Source: a virus
Reading direction: 5' to 3' (one strand)
Virus record (IMG/VR): IMGVR_UViG_3300030037_000006
Coordinates: 26,762 to 90,761 of that record
DNA length: 64,000 nt
This document shows, piece by piece, positions 40,123-50,424 of this stretch (its first letter is position 1; each line of letters starts with the position of its first letter). A model generated the notes under the pieces. The model made no database searches, had not been told where the DNA came from, and saw nothing but the letters and a program-made list of their open reading frames with translations. Position numbers and translations under genes: made by a program.

Positions 40123-40599
40123 ATGGGAAAGAAGTATGGCCCAGAGCCCCAAGTATTTAGCCCGAAGAATGTAGATAAGTATAAGGGAAAAATTCCTATT
40201 ATATTGAGATCATCTTTGGAACTTAGATTTGCTATACTTCTTGACCGTTTGAAAGCATGTGTCCAATGGGGATCTGAAACAAATGTAGTACCGTATTATG
40301 ACCCTTCATCTAAAATGAAGAAGCGCAGATATATTGTGGACTTTTACATGGTCATTCAAGACCCTAAGTCAAAGAAGAGAGTTAAATACTACGTAGAGAT
40401 TAAACCTTACTCTCAATGTCTCCCACCAAAAAATACTAAAAGAAAGAAACCTTCCACTTACATGGCAGAATGCCTCGCTTATGCAACTAACCAAGCTAAG
40501 TGGAAAGCTGCAGCTGATTTTGCTCAGCGAAATAAGGGTAAATTTATTGTTGTAACTGAAAAGTCTCTTGCTTCAATTACTGGTAACACTAGATATTAG
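40123..40599 (+). CDS. gp4: Head completion protein (TnsA-like nuclease fold)
   Basis: KYKG..PIILRSSLE, WGSE...PY, RYIVDFY, VEIKP, NQAKWKAA, FIVVTE. Confidence 0.9.
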   Translation: MGKKYGPEPQVFSPKNVDKYKGKIPIILRSSLELRFAILLDRLKACVQWGSETNVVPYYDPSSKMKKRRYIVDFYMVIQDPKSKKRVKYYVEIKPYSQCLPPKNTKRKKPSTYMAECLAYATNQAKWKAAADFAQRNKGKFIVVTEKSLASITGNTRY

Positions 40600-40907
40600 A
40601 GTTCTAACTGAGATTCTAAATCAGATATCTTTGCATTGATAGCATCTACTGCGGTGCTAAGAGAACTTATATCATCTACTATATCATCATCAGATTGAAT
40701 TGAACTTTCTATATGATCTGATATAGCATTAAGTATTATTCTGAAGGTTTGAATATCTTTATGAATCCTAAAGATTCTATCTCTATTTCTAATACCTTCG
40801 ACAAATACATTGCATAATGCTACGGTTAATGTGATTAAGCAAACTGATATTACACCAATGCATATAAGTATTTGCTGTGCAGACAAAGTTAATACGGCTA
40901 GTAACAT
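40596..40907 (-). CDS. Small membrane protein (single TM plus coiled coil)
   Basis: Hydrophobic N-terminus. Confidence 0.55.
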   Translation of the reverse strand: MLLAVLTLSAQQILICIGVISVCLITLTVALCNVFVEGIRNRDRIFRIHKDIQTFRIILNAISDHIESSIQSDDDIVDDISSLSTAVDAINAKISDLESQLEL

Positions 40908-40946
40908 TCTATATTCCGTTTATTAATTATTTAATATTTGATATAT

Positions 40947-41834
40947 TTATTCATCTTCCGCTTTAAGTTCTTCTTCCATTTGACTCATTACTGTACGATT
41001 CATAAGAGTAAAATCTAGATAAGAACTCTCAGCAAAGTGAGATATATTTTGAATGTTTGCTGATCGAGTTAAGAATATTTCTGAATCAATTATTTCTTTA
41101 TATTCATTAACAAAGAAATCTAATATAGTTGATTCAATCTCTTCCATAGAAATATTAAATTCAGAACTTCTATTACAGAATATGCATAAAGAAGATTGAA
41201 TAGAAGGAACATCATTTGCTATAAGCTTGTCTATTATTTCTACTCGCTGTTTAAACGGAATTGATATGTTAGTAAGATCCAAGAATTCGCATAGATCTTC
41301 AAGACTCTTTCCAGATATATCAACAGTTTCACCTGCTATCTTAATTTCTGATATGAATCCATGTATAGTTGAATAGTAGTCTACTATTTCATTACCTAAT
41401 AGCTTATCAAGTTCAAGTCTTCTATCATTAGTAGCTTCATTAAAAGTTATAACAATAGAACCTTCTTTATTGCTTACATCTATAGGCTCAATATCATGTA
41501 TAATAATATCGCTTGATCTAAAATTTACTGGACCTTGCTTACAGTGAGTACACATATAAGTTTTAACACAGCCACCAATCTTATTCTTATCGATATATGC
41601 TAACCAATATTTGAATAATTTAGATCTAGGCATCGAGTTAGAATCAAAGTCAAACAGTTGAGTATCAAGAACAGAATGAATATCACCGTTCTTAAGTAGA
41701 TCAAAGTTGAGTATTGATTTAGCTACTGATTTTATGTTATTGAGTGTTAAAGGCTTTGCGACTTTATCTATTACCTCAATGAATCCGTTTTGCGAATTAG
41801 ATAATAGATTGCCTATCAGATGATCTGTTAACAT
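40947..41834 (-). CDS. Baseplate hub assembly protein (gp26/gp51-like)
   Basis: Two CxxC motifs, position after tube genes, gp51-like C-terminus. Confidence 0.55.
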   Translation of the reverse strand: MLTDHLIGNLLSNSQNGFIEVIDKVAKPLTLNNIKSVAKSILNFDLLKNGDIHSVLDTQLFDFDSNSMPRSKLFKYWLAYIDKNKIGGCVKTYMCTHCKQGPVNFRSSDIIIHDIEPIDVSNKEGSIVITFNEATNDRRLELDKLLGNEIVDYYSTIHGFISEIKIAGETVDISGKSLEDLCEFLDLTNISIPFKQRVEIIDKLIANDVPSIQSSLCIFCNRSSEFNISMEEIESTILDFFVNEYKEIIDSEIFLTRSANIQNISHFAESSYLDFTLMNRTVMSQMEEELKAEDE

Positions 41835-42550
41835 TATACAAATGCTGATGCTGCACTAGATAAATCTGATATGTTTCCAAAGTTGACTGGTGAATCAAAA
41901 CTAGGATTTCTCGCATCGGCTCCATCAGCTGTACCATCTAACTTTAAGTTAGTTATAACTTCACAAACAGAGAACATCATAGTAACTCCACGAGTTAACT
42001 CGTTATCTGCTCTTTGGCTAAAGTTGAATGTCTGTACATTCTTAGGATATGCTCCTCTGTAACGGTATCGATATGCTACAGTTTTACCATCATTTCTATA
42101 TTGAGTAATAGTGATACTGTATTTTGTGTAAGGATAACTAGCATATCTCCATTCGGAAGCATTTACTTCTTCCATCCAAGGTATGAAGAAATTCTCAAAC
42201 ATACCTGATTCTGTCTGTAGTATTGACAATGTTAACTCGTTAGAGTCAGTTTTAAATATTCCAAATTCATTGAATGCAGCAGTACCACCTTCAGTTTCAT
42301 GCGCCGCAGTATTAGCACCAGAAAATGCTGGTATAGTTACTTGTTGAACCAAGAAATTCAGAATCCCTCTTTCATCAGTTATGTTACCAATGTCGTAAGG
42401 GTTACTACCTCTATCTGAAGTTACAAATAGAGGCAGAGATACTGATTGTTCAGGTTGCATCTCAATAGACCAAAGATTACTTGATAGTGGAGTATCTCCA
42501 CCACCTTTCGTCATTGATGCATAAAATTGAGAGTAGCTTGGCCTAGACAT
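41834..42550 (-). CDS. Baseplate-tube initiator (gp54/gp48-like, tube fold)
   Basis: SNLWSIE, VQQVTIP, FFIPWME, YRYRGAYPKNV. Confidence 0.65.
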   Translation of the reverse strand: MSRPSYSQFYASMTKGGGDTPLSSNLWSIEMQPEQSVSLPLFVTSDRGSNPYDIGNITDERGILNFLVQQVTIPAFSGANTAAHETEGGTAAFNEFGIFKTDSNELTLSILQTESGMFENFFIPWMEEVNASEWRYASYPYTKYSITITQYRNDGKTVAYRYRYRGAYPKNVQTFNFSQRADNELTRGVTMMFSVCEVITNLKLDGTADGADARNPSFDSPVNFGNISDLSSAASAFV

Positions 42551-42562
42551 ATTTAGAATCTA

Positions 42563-43150
42563 CTATTCTTTATACCAGTACTGATAAGCGAAGTCAACAG
42601 TATATTCACTGAGTCCTGGGCTATCATTAGTGAATGAAATCTTAGACATTGTAGTTGGGAAAATACCACGTAAGATGTAAGACTTTTCAGATTCCTTCAT
42701 ATCAGGATTCATTACGTCAATTGACATGTTAGTATTTTTCCAAAGCAATTTATCTCCACCACCAGCAACACCAGTAGAACCGAAATCTTCTCTGTTATCA
42801 AAATCGATATTAGACATAAGAGTGATCCATTCTTCGAATGCAACATAATCAGTGAGATCTGCTCGAGCATAGAAAGTAAGTGAAGTAGTATTACTTAGTT
42901 TAGCAATTGTTGGCATAGTCATTTCTTGACCTTGGTATGCAAACGTTGCAGTTTCTTGAGTCATGTTAGGAAGTTCAGTTCCTCGAGCCCAGATAGTAAG
43001 TGTAGTGCCAAGATCAGAATCTTTAGATGCCCTAAGGCCTTCGTTAATTCCAGAAGGGAGACCGGTAAAGTCAATCTTCCATCGGTTTGATGTTAGCGCG
43101 CTATGTTGTGATACGCTGTTATAGAACTTGCTGAATTCAGGATTGCTCAT
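42563..43150 (-). CDS. gp19: Tail tube protein (gp19-like)
   Basis: SNRWKIDF, ARGTELP, FEEWI, YILRGIFPT...YTVDFAYQYW; late promoter 43195-43202. Confidence 0.8.
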   Translation of the reverse strand: MSNPEFSKFYNSVSQHSALTSNRWKIDFTGLPSGINEGLRASKDSDLGTTLTIWARGTELPNMTQETATFAYQGQEMTMPTIAKLSNTTSLTFYARADLTDYVAFEEWITLMSNIDFDNREDFGSTGVAGGGDKLLWKNTNMSIDVMNPDMKESEKSYILRGIFPTTMSKISFTNDSPGLSEYTVDFAYQYWYKE

Positions 43151-43282
43151 ATATTTTAATCTCCAAAAAGTTAATTATTATTTTTTATATATTGTATTTA
43201 TCCATAAAGAAGAATGTTTCTTATTTAATTAAATCGATGAAAATTAATAAATAACTTACTAACCCAATTAACAAGGTGTAAA

Positions 43283-44767
43283 ATGGTAAACAACCCGATA
43301 AACGTAGTCAAACGAGATAGTACAAGAGAGCCTTTAGATATTGATAAGATTCACTCAATATTAACATGGTCAATCAAAGGTTACAAAGATTGCCTAGTAT
43401 CAGAGATTGAAATGAACTCTAAGATTTCTCTTACTGACGGTGTCAGCACAGATGACATTCATTTGACTTTAATTAAAAGTGCAGTGAACTTGATTTCAGC
43501 ACAGGTTCCGAACTATAAATTTGTAGCTGGGCGCCTACTTAATTATTACATTAGAAAGAAAATCTTTGGCATTAGCTCAGATGAAGACATGCCACATCTT
43601 GAAGATGTTATTAAAGACAATATAGCAAATAATACATACGATAGTTTAATTCTTGACTTCTATGACGAAGAAGATCTAGATCAGATCAATGATATTATCA
43701 AGCACTCAAATGATTACACGTTCGACTATGCTGGCTTAAAGCAATGTTACGATAAGTATCTCGTAAGAAATCGTGCAACTGATGTTATATATGAGACTCC
43801 TCAATATATGTATATCATGATAGCAATGACTTTATATAGAGATGTAGACCCTAAACTAAGATTCAATAAAATAAGGAAATACTATAAAGATGTATCATCA
43901 TTTAAAATCTCTCTACCTACTCCAATTATGGCGGGTGTCCGCGCTCCTACAAGACAATATAGCAGTTGTACCCTTATTGACTGTGGTGACTCTCTAAATT
44001 CAATTAACTCGTCTAACAGTGCTATTCTTAAATACGTAGCAAATCGTGCAGGTATCGGTCTCAATGTTTCAAAGATTAGATCTTACGGATCTGAAATTAG
44101 AAAAGGTGAAGCAAAGCATACTGGTCTAATTCCATTCCTCAAATCAATTGAAGGTACAGTTCACTCAGTTTCACAAGGTGCAGTTCGAACAGGTGCAGCT
44201 ACTGTCAACTATCCTTTCTGGAATCCTGAAATTGAAAACCTTTTAGTACTCAAGAACAATCGGGGTACTGATGAAAATAGAGTAAGAAATTTAGACTATT
44301 GCGTTCAATTATCTAGACTCTTTTATCAGCGTTTCCTCGCAAAAGGAAAGATAAGTCTATTCAGTACAATCGATTGCCCAGATCTTATTACACATTGGGG
44401 TGATAATGACAAATGGGATAAAGCTTACGTAGCTTATGAGAAAAATAAATCTATTCCTCGTAAAGAAGTTTGTGCAGTTGAACTTATGAATTTTATTGCA
44501 CGTGAAAGATTAGAAACAGGCAGACTATACATTCTTAATATTGACCACGTAAATGATCACTCACCTTTCCTTGAAAAGGTTAATATGACTAATCTCTGTG
44601 TAGAAGTTACTCTCGTATCTCGTCCTTTGGATTCAATTGAAGATGGTAATAAAGTTACTAAACGAATTTCTTATGATACTAAAGATAAAGATAAAGTTGA
44701 TCAGTATATTAAAGACAATGAATCGATGTTTATTACTCTGCAAGATCATTTAAAAGGAGATTATTAA
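43283..44767 (+). CDS. nrdA: Class Ia ribonucleotide reductase alpha subunit, N-terminal piece
   Basis: ATP cone VVKRD, YETPQY, SLPTPIMAG, QYSSCTL, TNLCVE (radical Cys). Confidence 0.93.
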   Translation: MVNNPINVVKRDSTREPLDIDKIHSILTWSIKGYKDCLVSEIEMNSKISLTDGVSTDDIHLTLIKSAVNLISAQVPNYKFVAGRLLNYYIRKKIFGISSDEDMPHLEDVIKDNIANNTYDSLILDFYDEEDLDQINDIIKHSNDYTFDYAGLKQCYDKYLVRNRATDVIYETPQYMYIMIAMTLYRDVDPKLRFNKIRKYYKDVSSFKISLPTPIMAGVRAPTRQYSSCTLIDCGDSLNSINSSNSAILKYVANRAGIGLNVSKIRSYGSEIRKGEAKHTGLIPFLKSIEGTVHSVSQGAVRTGAATVNYPFWNPEIENLLVLKNNRGTDENRVRNLDYCVQLSRLFYQRFLAKGKISLFSTIDCPDLITHWGDNDKWDKAYVAYEKNKSIPRKEVCAVELMNFIARERLETGRLYILNIDHVNDHSPFLEKVNMTNLCVEVTLVSRPLDSIEDGNKVTKRISYDTKDKDKVDQYIKDNESMFITLQDHLKGDY

Positions 44768-45783
44768 TGAACGACAATAGACCATTTACATTCGTTGATC
44801 CATTTGATGAAGGAGAGCAAGCATTAGGTACTGAAACTAGACTTGCTGAATTTGAAATTGGATCGAACGAAGATGGTACATCAGGATCAGAGATTAGTCT
44901 CTGTGTCCTATCATGTATTAATGTAGGAAGAATAAAGAAGCTATCAGAGATTGAGCAATTAGCAATGCATACTGTTGAATCTCTTGACTTTGTAATTGAC
45001 AATCAAGCTTATCCAGTTAAGGCAGCCGAGAAGATGCTTAAACGTAGATCAATCGGTGTTGGTATTACTAATCTTGCTACATACTTAGCTAAGAAGAAAG
45101 TATCATATGAAGACAAAGAAGCATTAGTATATGTAGATGAGTTGGCTGAACATATCCAATTTTATCTTATTAAAGCTTCTGTCCAACTTGCAAAAGAACG
45201 TGGACCATGTGAATGGTTTCATAAAACAAAATGGGCCAAAGGTATTCTACCAATTGATACGTATCATAAGAATGTAGATAATCTTGTTAAGAGAGAATTA
45301 ACACTTGATTGGGAATGGTTAAGAGCTGAAATACTCGAACATGGAATGCGTAACAGTGTTTTATCATGTCAACCACCTGTAGAAAGCTCTAGTGTGGTGC
45401 AGAACGCCACTAATGGTATTGAACCCATCCGTAACTTGGTATCCATTAAGAAGTCTAAATCGAGCATTATTAAGCAGGTTGTAGAGTCACCTAAGCTGCC
45501 TTACACTCACGCATGGGAGATGTATAGCAATAAAGGCATGATTAATATTGCTGCAGTTATTCAGAAATATTGGTGTCAAGCAATTTCACTTAATACTTAT
45601 ATCAATCCTGGTAACATTATGAAGTATGATTCACCTGATGATCTTGAATTAAGTGAAGTAGTAGATGATATTATGCATGCTTATACTCATGGAATTAAGA
45701 CAATGTATTACAACAATCTTAATGATGGTAAAACAGATGAAGATGATGCTGGAGGATGCGAATCTGGAGCTTGTTCAGTTTAA
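44767..45783 (+). CDS. nrdA: Class Ia ribonucleotide reductase alpha subunit, C-terminal piece
   Basis: EISLCVLSCIN, RRSIGVG, GMRNS, PVESSS, TNGIEP, QAISLN, KTMYY, C-terminal CESGAC; own RBS AAGGAG. Confidence 0.93.
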   Translation: MNDNRPFTFVDPFDEGEQALGTETRLAEFEIGSNEDGTSGSEISLCVLSCINVGRIKKLSEIEQLAMHTVESLDFVIDNQAYPVKAAEKMLKRRSIGVGITNLATYLAKKKVSYEDKEALVYVDELAEHIQFYLIKASVQLAKERGPCEWFHKTKWAKGILPIDTYHKNVDNLVKRELTLDWEWLRAEILEHGMRNSVLSCQPPVESSSVVQNATNGIEPIRNLVSIKKSKSSIIKQVVESPKLPYTHAWEMYSNKGMINIAAVIQKYWCQAISLNTYINPGNIMKYDSPDDLELSEVVDDIMHAYTHGIKTMYYNNLNDGKTDEDDAGGCESGACSV

Positions 45784-45814
45784 CATCAATTTAACATTAA
45801 CATAGATGATATTT

Positions 45815-45842
45815 AAGAGTAGATTTTTTCTACTCTTTTTTA
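45815..45842 (+). terminator. Intrinsic terminator
   Basis: aagagtaga...tctactctt + T run (same stem as 38471). Confidence 0.7.
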
Positions 45843-45915
45843 TTGTGTTATGATTGTACAAATATTATTAGTAGAGTATATAGTAACTATATACAAATAT
45901 AAAACAGAGATTAAT

Positions 45916-46113
45916 ATGGAATGTGAAATTAAAACTACTGAGGTATGTGAATGCCAATGTCATGTTGCTGACGGTTCGTTACAAATGCTACATATGATGC
46001 CTTGTTGTGATCTAACATATAAGAAGTATCTAGATGCTGATGGTAATATCATTAATGACAAGTATGCTAAAGCTTTAGGTGAACATCGCGAAATTTTAAA
46101 AAATTACAAATAG
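45916..46113 (+). CDS. Small Cys/His-rich protein
   Basis: CECQCH...HMMPCC; early promoter at 45854. Confidence 0.65.
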   Translation: MECEIKTTEVCECQCHVADGSLQMLHMMPCCDLTYKKYLDADGNIINDKYAKALGEHREILKNYK

Positions 46114-46122
46114 AGATTATTT

Positions 46123-46440
46123 ATGCAAAATAAAGATACAACTCACGTAGTAGTAAACGATACAACTTCTAGAATTAGAGGAATGCTTGTATGTGTTTTC
46201 CCAAAGAAAATAGAAGATGACAGACGCGAAGGAGAGACTTGGATGGATATGTGGAAGCGCCAAGAACCTGCTCGTAAACAGTCATCGGATGACGCAGTAG
46301 ATCTTCATGAAGCTATTATGCAAATGGAAGCACGAGAAAAGTATTATAAAGATATGAATGAGTTACACTTAGATGAAATTCTAGGTTTACGTCAAGCTAA
46401 TACTGAACTTCAAAAAAAGCTTATAATAGTATCTGCCTAA
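46123..46440 (+). CDS. Hypothetical protein
   Basis: 105 aa. Confidence 0.6.
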   Translation: MQNKDTTHVVVNDTTSRIRGMLVCVFPKKIEDDRREGETWMDMWKRQEPARKQSSDDAVDLHEAIMQMEAREKYYKDMNELHLDEILGLRQANTELQKKLIIVSA

Positions 46441-46503
46441 TGTTATAAAGTCATAAATGTAGTTTTCTATCTACCAAATTAACTAAAGGTAGAGAACTCA
46501 GAT

Positions 46504-46986
46504 ATGACAAAGAAAGAAAAAGAATGGCATCAATCTTTTATTGATGTAGCTAAAATATTTGCACAGAAATCAAACTGTGTAAGTAAACAAGTAGGTGCAG
46601 TTATTGTCTCTGACAATCGCATCGTATCTACGGGATATAATGGGACTCCTAAAGGTTCTGTTAATTGCTGTGATATGCATAACCCTGCCGATTTTTGTAG
46701 AGCTGAGCATCATGCTTTCTCTACTAAATATGAAATTCATGCAGAGATTAATGCTATAGTTCATGCAGCTAAATCAAATGTAATTGATTCAGAAGACATA
46801 TCTATTTACTCTACACTTGAACCGTGCGATACATGTCTAAAATCTATAGTAGCATTTGGAATTAAAAATGTATACTTCGATATTAGATATGATCTTAACT
46901 CCGGAAGAGATGAGAACTTCTTATTAGAACATTTAGATAATTATATTTACCTAGGTGATGTCAATACTGTGAGATCATTATGCTAA
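46504..46986 (+). CDS. cd: dCMP deaminase
   Basis: QVGAVIV, STGYNG, HAEINA, PCDTC. Confidence 0.93.
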   Translation: MTKKEKEWHQSFIDVAKIFAQKSNCVSKQVGAVIVSDNRIVSTGYNGTPKGSVNCCDMHNPADFCRAEHHAFSTKYEIHAEINAIVHAAKSNVIDSEDISIYSTLEPCDTCLKSIVAFGIKNVYFDIRYDLNSGRDENFLLEHLDNYIYLGDVNTVRSLC

Positions 46987-48155
46987 GTAATTTATCATCC
47001 ACTTCGTTCAATACAATTTATGATTCATATCAAGCAGGATGCTCAGATTCTAAAAGATCAATTAGTATTGTTGAAAGATCAGCAGAAGAATTTGACATAC
47101 GTGATATCGCTAAGCTAAATGCTAGTGTAGATGAGAAAGTATTGAGTACAACTATCAATAACTATCTTTATCAGAATGTGTTTAGACAATTTATTATCTG
47201 CAATTTAGTTGATAATAATATTGAACCTACTGCTCAAGTTATTGATAGATATATTCTACCTCTCTTCGTAGATTATTTTACCGGAGACATATTAGAATTT
47301 TCTAAACTTCCGGTGTATACTTTACCAGACTTATCAGAATCTTCTGGTAGTTTCGTATCAATTCCACTTAGTGACATTAAAGAATACTACAAAGACTATT
47401 TCTTAGAAGATTTCTTTGATTCATTCATGAGTATTACTGTTCCTGGCTCACCAGTTATGGGTAAAGGAGAACTGTTCTTATCTATTCTTACTAACCTCAA
47501 AAACTCTACATCACATGGCGATCTAATGTTAGATGGTGAACTCGTAGAAGTTAAAGGTCCTCGCGGTAAACTTGGTGGTACTTTTAAGAATGAAGCAGCA
47601 GGTTCTATCACACGTCACAAAGGTAAAGATGCTGCTTCAAATATAAAGTATATTCTGAATGTAATCAACAAAGAATTCTATAGCGATGAGCTAGACTTTA
47701 AACTCAAGACATATTACGGAAGTACTGGAAGAAAAGTATTCGATGCTATATGCATGATAGGATTTAGTCATGACTCGCTAGACAGCCCAGAAATGGACAT
47801 ACATCTCAGAGGTATAGTATATGAACTTCAGAACTATATTAAATGGAGAGATGATCTAGATATACCTGATGAGATAATGGATGCTTTTAGATTAAGTATT
47901 AAACAAGGCTTCGTTGGTAAATTTGCTGCAGCTCTTCATGGTACTCTTTATCAACAAGATGAGAAGTTTACAAGACTGATATTACTATCCGGTTATAAAT
48001 ATGAAGAATGCCGTATGCTGTATATAAATGTTAACGATATATGTTTACTAGACTTATATAGAATATTTATAAAAGAGAACGTACACAATGAAGGTGGATG
48101 GGCAAACTCCTCACAAGAAATGGTAAGTTACTCTATACGATTAAGGAACAAATAA
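46980..48155 (+). CDS. Putative PD-(D/E)xK nuclease-fold protein
   Basis: GKGE...GDLMLDGELVEVKG. Confidence 0.55.
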   Translation: MLSNLSSTSFNTIYDSYQAGCSDSKRSISIVERSAEEFDIRDIAKLNASVDEKVLSTTINNYLYQNVFRQFIICNLVDNNIEPTAQVIDRYILPLFVDYFTGDILEFSKLPVYTLPDLSESSGSFVSIPLSDIKEYYKDYFLEDFFDSFMSITVPGSPVMGKGELFLSILTNLKNSTSHGDLMLDGELVEVKGPRGKLGGTFKNEAAGSITRHKGKDAASNIKYILNVINKEFYSDELDFKLKTYYGSTGRKVFDAICMIGFSHDSLDSPEMDIHLRGIVYELQNYIKWRDDLDIPDEIMDAFRLSIKQGFVGKFAAALHGTLYQQDEKFTRLILLSGYKYEECRMLYINVNDICLLDLYRIFIKENVHNEGGWANSSQEMVSYSIRLRNK

Positions 48156-49558
48156 TGTCAGAAGAAATATTAGATGGCTCAGTCATCGAACCAATAATTT
48201 TTAAACTTGCTGCTACTGAAGTTAAGTACGCAAACTTTGTAGCTGAGTACTATGAAACAGGATTATTTGACGATCCAGTTCTAGGTACTATGATGGAGAC
48301 GATAGTTAATAAGTTCTATCTCAAAAAGAACGAACTTCCTACCGGTGATACTATTAAGCTATTAAGTAATATGCAATTCAAAGATCAGATACAAGCTCAA
48401 CTAAGAATTGAATCAGCATTACATGATGATATTAGTGGATATGATAGAGAGTTTATTGATGAACAAGTAATAGCATATATGAAAAATGTAGGCTACTATA
48501 ATGTCATTACTGATAGTATAGCGGATCTGAATGAGAAATCAGATTTTGCTCACATGGAAAGATTAGAAAAGATTACAAACATGTCTTTCTATTCTGACAT
48601 GGGAATGGATTATGTATTTGATCTTGAGGATCACTTGGCTGAATTAGCTAAACCTGATAATAAGACTAGTACTTATTGGCCTGAACTTGATAAGTTAACT
48701 GCAGGTGGATATAATAAAGACAAGAATCTTATTATATTTGCAGCATCAGCAGGTCTTGGTAAATCAATTGCTTTAGCTCAAAGTGCTACTAATTATTTGA
48801 GAGATGGTAAGTTCGTAATTATCGTATCACTTGAAATGAGTGCAGATATTTATGCTAAACGTATCGATTCTATGTTAGCTAATATTGATATCGATAATAT
48901 CACAGGTAATGCTGATGCTGTAAGACAAGCTGCTGCTAATATTAAAGAAGGTGGCTTACTACGTATTAAAGAATTTCCACCAGATTCAACTAATTGCGGC
49001 AACATTAGTAATTACATAGACAGTTTAATTAGACTTCATAATAGAGAGCCTGATTTAATTGTTATAGATTATTTAGGATTGCTTGGTCCAAACTCTAAAG
49101 ATCTTAAAGGTGCTAATTCATATTCTAAAATGGATGCTGTATCAAAAGAAATGAGAGCAATGACTTATAAATATTGTACAATCTTGACAGCAGCTCAGCT
49201 TAACAGAGATTCACATAATATTGATGAACCTTCGCTTGCTAATATAGCAGATTCACTTGCGATATCATATACAGCAGATGCAATATTTGCTTTCTATCAA
49301 AATGATCTAGATAAAGAAGATGCGCTTATGAACATGGTAATTCTTAAGAATCGACTCGGTGGTAGATGCGGAATGTCATTACAATTCAATATTGATTATG
49401 AAACCTTACGTTTAACTGACGGTACAGGTGGTCCATCTTATGTTAATAACAATGCAACTAAACAAGATCTTGGAATAGAAAAGGTATCAAAGGCAGAGTC
49501 TGATAGTCTAGGATTAGATGATTGGGATGATTCATCTGATGAGTTAGGAGATATTTAG
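48155..49558 (+). CDS. gp41: Replicative helicase (DnaB-like)
   Basis: ASAGLGKS, SLEMS, IKEFP, VIDYL, TAAQLNR, IADS, LKNR; start MSEEI at 48155. Confidence 0.93.
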   Translation: MSEEILDGSVIEPIIFKLAATEVKYANFVAEYYETGLFDDPVLGTMMETIVNKFYLKKNELPTGDTIKLLSNMQFKDQIQAQLRIESALHDDISGYDREFIDEQVIAYMKNVGYYNVITDSIADLNEKSDFAHMERLEKITNMSFYSDMGMDYVFDLEDHLAELAKPDNKTSTYWPELDKLTAGGYNKDKNLIIFAASAGLGKSIALAQSATNYLRDGKFVIIVSLEMSADIYAKRIDSMLANIDIDNITGNADAVRQAAANIKEGGLLRIKEFPPDSTNCGNISNYIDSLIRLHNREPDLIVIDYLGLLGPNSKDLKGANSYSKMDAVSKEMRAMTYKYCTILTAAQLNRDSHNIDEPSLANIADSLAISYTADAIFAFYQNDLDKEDALMNMVILKNRLGGRCGMSLQFNIDYETLRLTDGTGGPSYVNNNATKQDLGIEKVSKAESDSLGLDDWDDSSDELGDI

Positions 49559-49650
49559 TAAATATTAATAAATTAATATTTCATACATGCAAGTAGTTGC
49601 ATGTCAGTTATTTAGATAAATATATTAAATAACTTATTGAGGCTAAGGAA

Positions 49651-50424
49651 ATGTCCCGCGAAACAAATTTATTAAACGAACTGCACCATGTCAAATCGAC
49701 TACTGTTGGTGCAGTTCTAACTTCGATGGTAAGCTCTGGATTAAATGCATGTACATATACATTCACTCCAGATATGTCCACTGCAGAGAAGCAATCATAT
49801 ATTAATGGAGCTTTAAGATTAAACACAAGTAACAGTGCTGGTGTTATATTCGAATTTAAAAATTGTCTATATGAAGAAGATGAAGTTCTAATATTTGAGA
49901 ATTTTACTTATCCTATTCAGATAACAGGATGTAAAACTGATGATACGAACTTAGATGAAGAAGATTTAAAATGCCCAGAAGTTCATCTTAAGTTTGATGC
50001 TACTCATTTACATTGTGGTCTACATATTCACAATTGTGCAAGTGTCAGAATAGATAATATAGAATTTAAGACAGAAGAGTCAATAGAATTTCACGAGGCT
50101 ATATCTATTTTAAATTGCCATGTTGAAATCAGCGATTGTACTTTTAATATTAATGGTGAGAATTCATCAGCAATTCATTTAGACTCATCGTTCGTAACAG
50201 TAAGAGATAGTGTATTTACTAATGATTCAGGTGAACAACCTTTCTGTGACATTATAGCAGTTAACACATCTAACTTAGCAGTTACTGGTTGTACTAGTAC
50301 TGAAGATAGAACACCATCTCTATATAATATTCTTAATAGAAGTTCAAATACATTTACTAAAGAATGCAATTTAAGCCGAGTAATAGCAGAAGCAATAATA
50401 GATGCAGGAGTACATACATCATGA
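49651..50424 (+). CDS. Beta-helix (pectin-lyase-like) late protein, probably fibre-associated
   Basis: IxNCxxVxIxNxxF-type repeats; GATAAATA 49615-49622. Confidence 0.55.
   Translation: MSRETNLLNELHHVKSTTVGAVLTSMVSSGLNACTYTFTPDMSTAEKQSYINGALRLNTSNSAGVIFEFKNCLYEEDEVLIFENFTYPIQITGCKTDDTNLDEEDLKCPEVHLKFDATHLHCGLHIHNCASVRIDNIEFKTEESIEFHEAISILNCHVEISDCTFNINGENSSAIHLDSSFVTVRDSVFTNDSGEQPFCDIIAVNTSNLAVTGCTSTEDRTPSLYNILNRSSNTFTKECNLSRVIAEAIIDAGVHTS

Noticed and set aside
40123-40599. TnsA transposase (Tn7-like element)
   Set aside because: Matches T4 gp4 head completion protein, which shares the fold; no other Tns genes or transposon ends.
44755-44775. Programmed frameshift or intein joining the nrdA pieces
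   Set aside because: A strong RBS and TAATG coupling indicate re-initiation, and the tails lack C/S-start and HN-end intein motifs.
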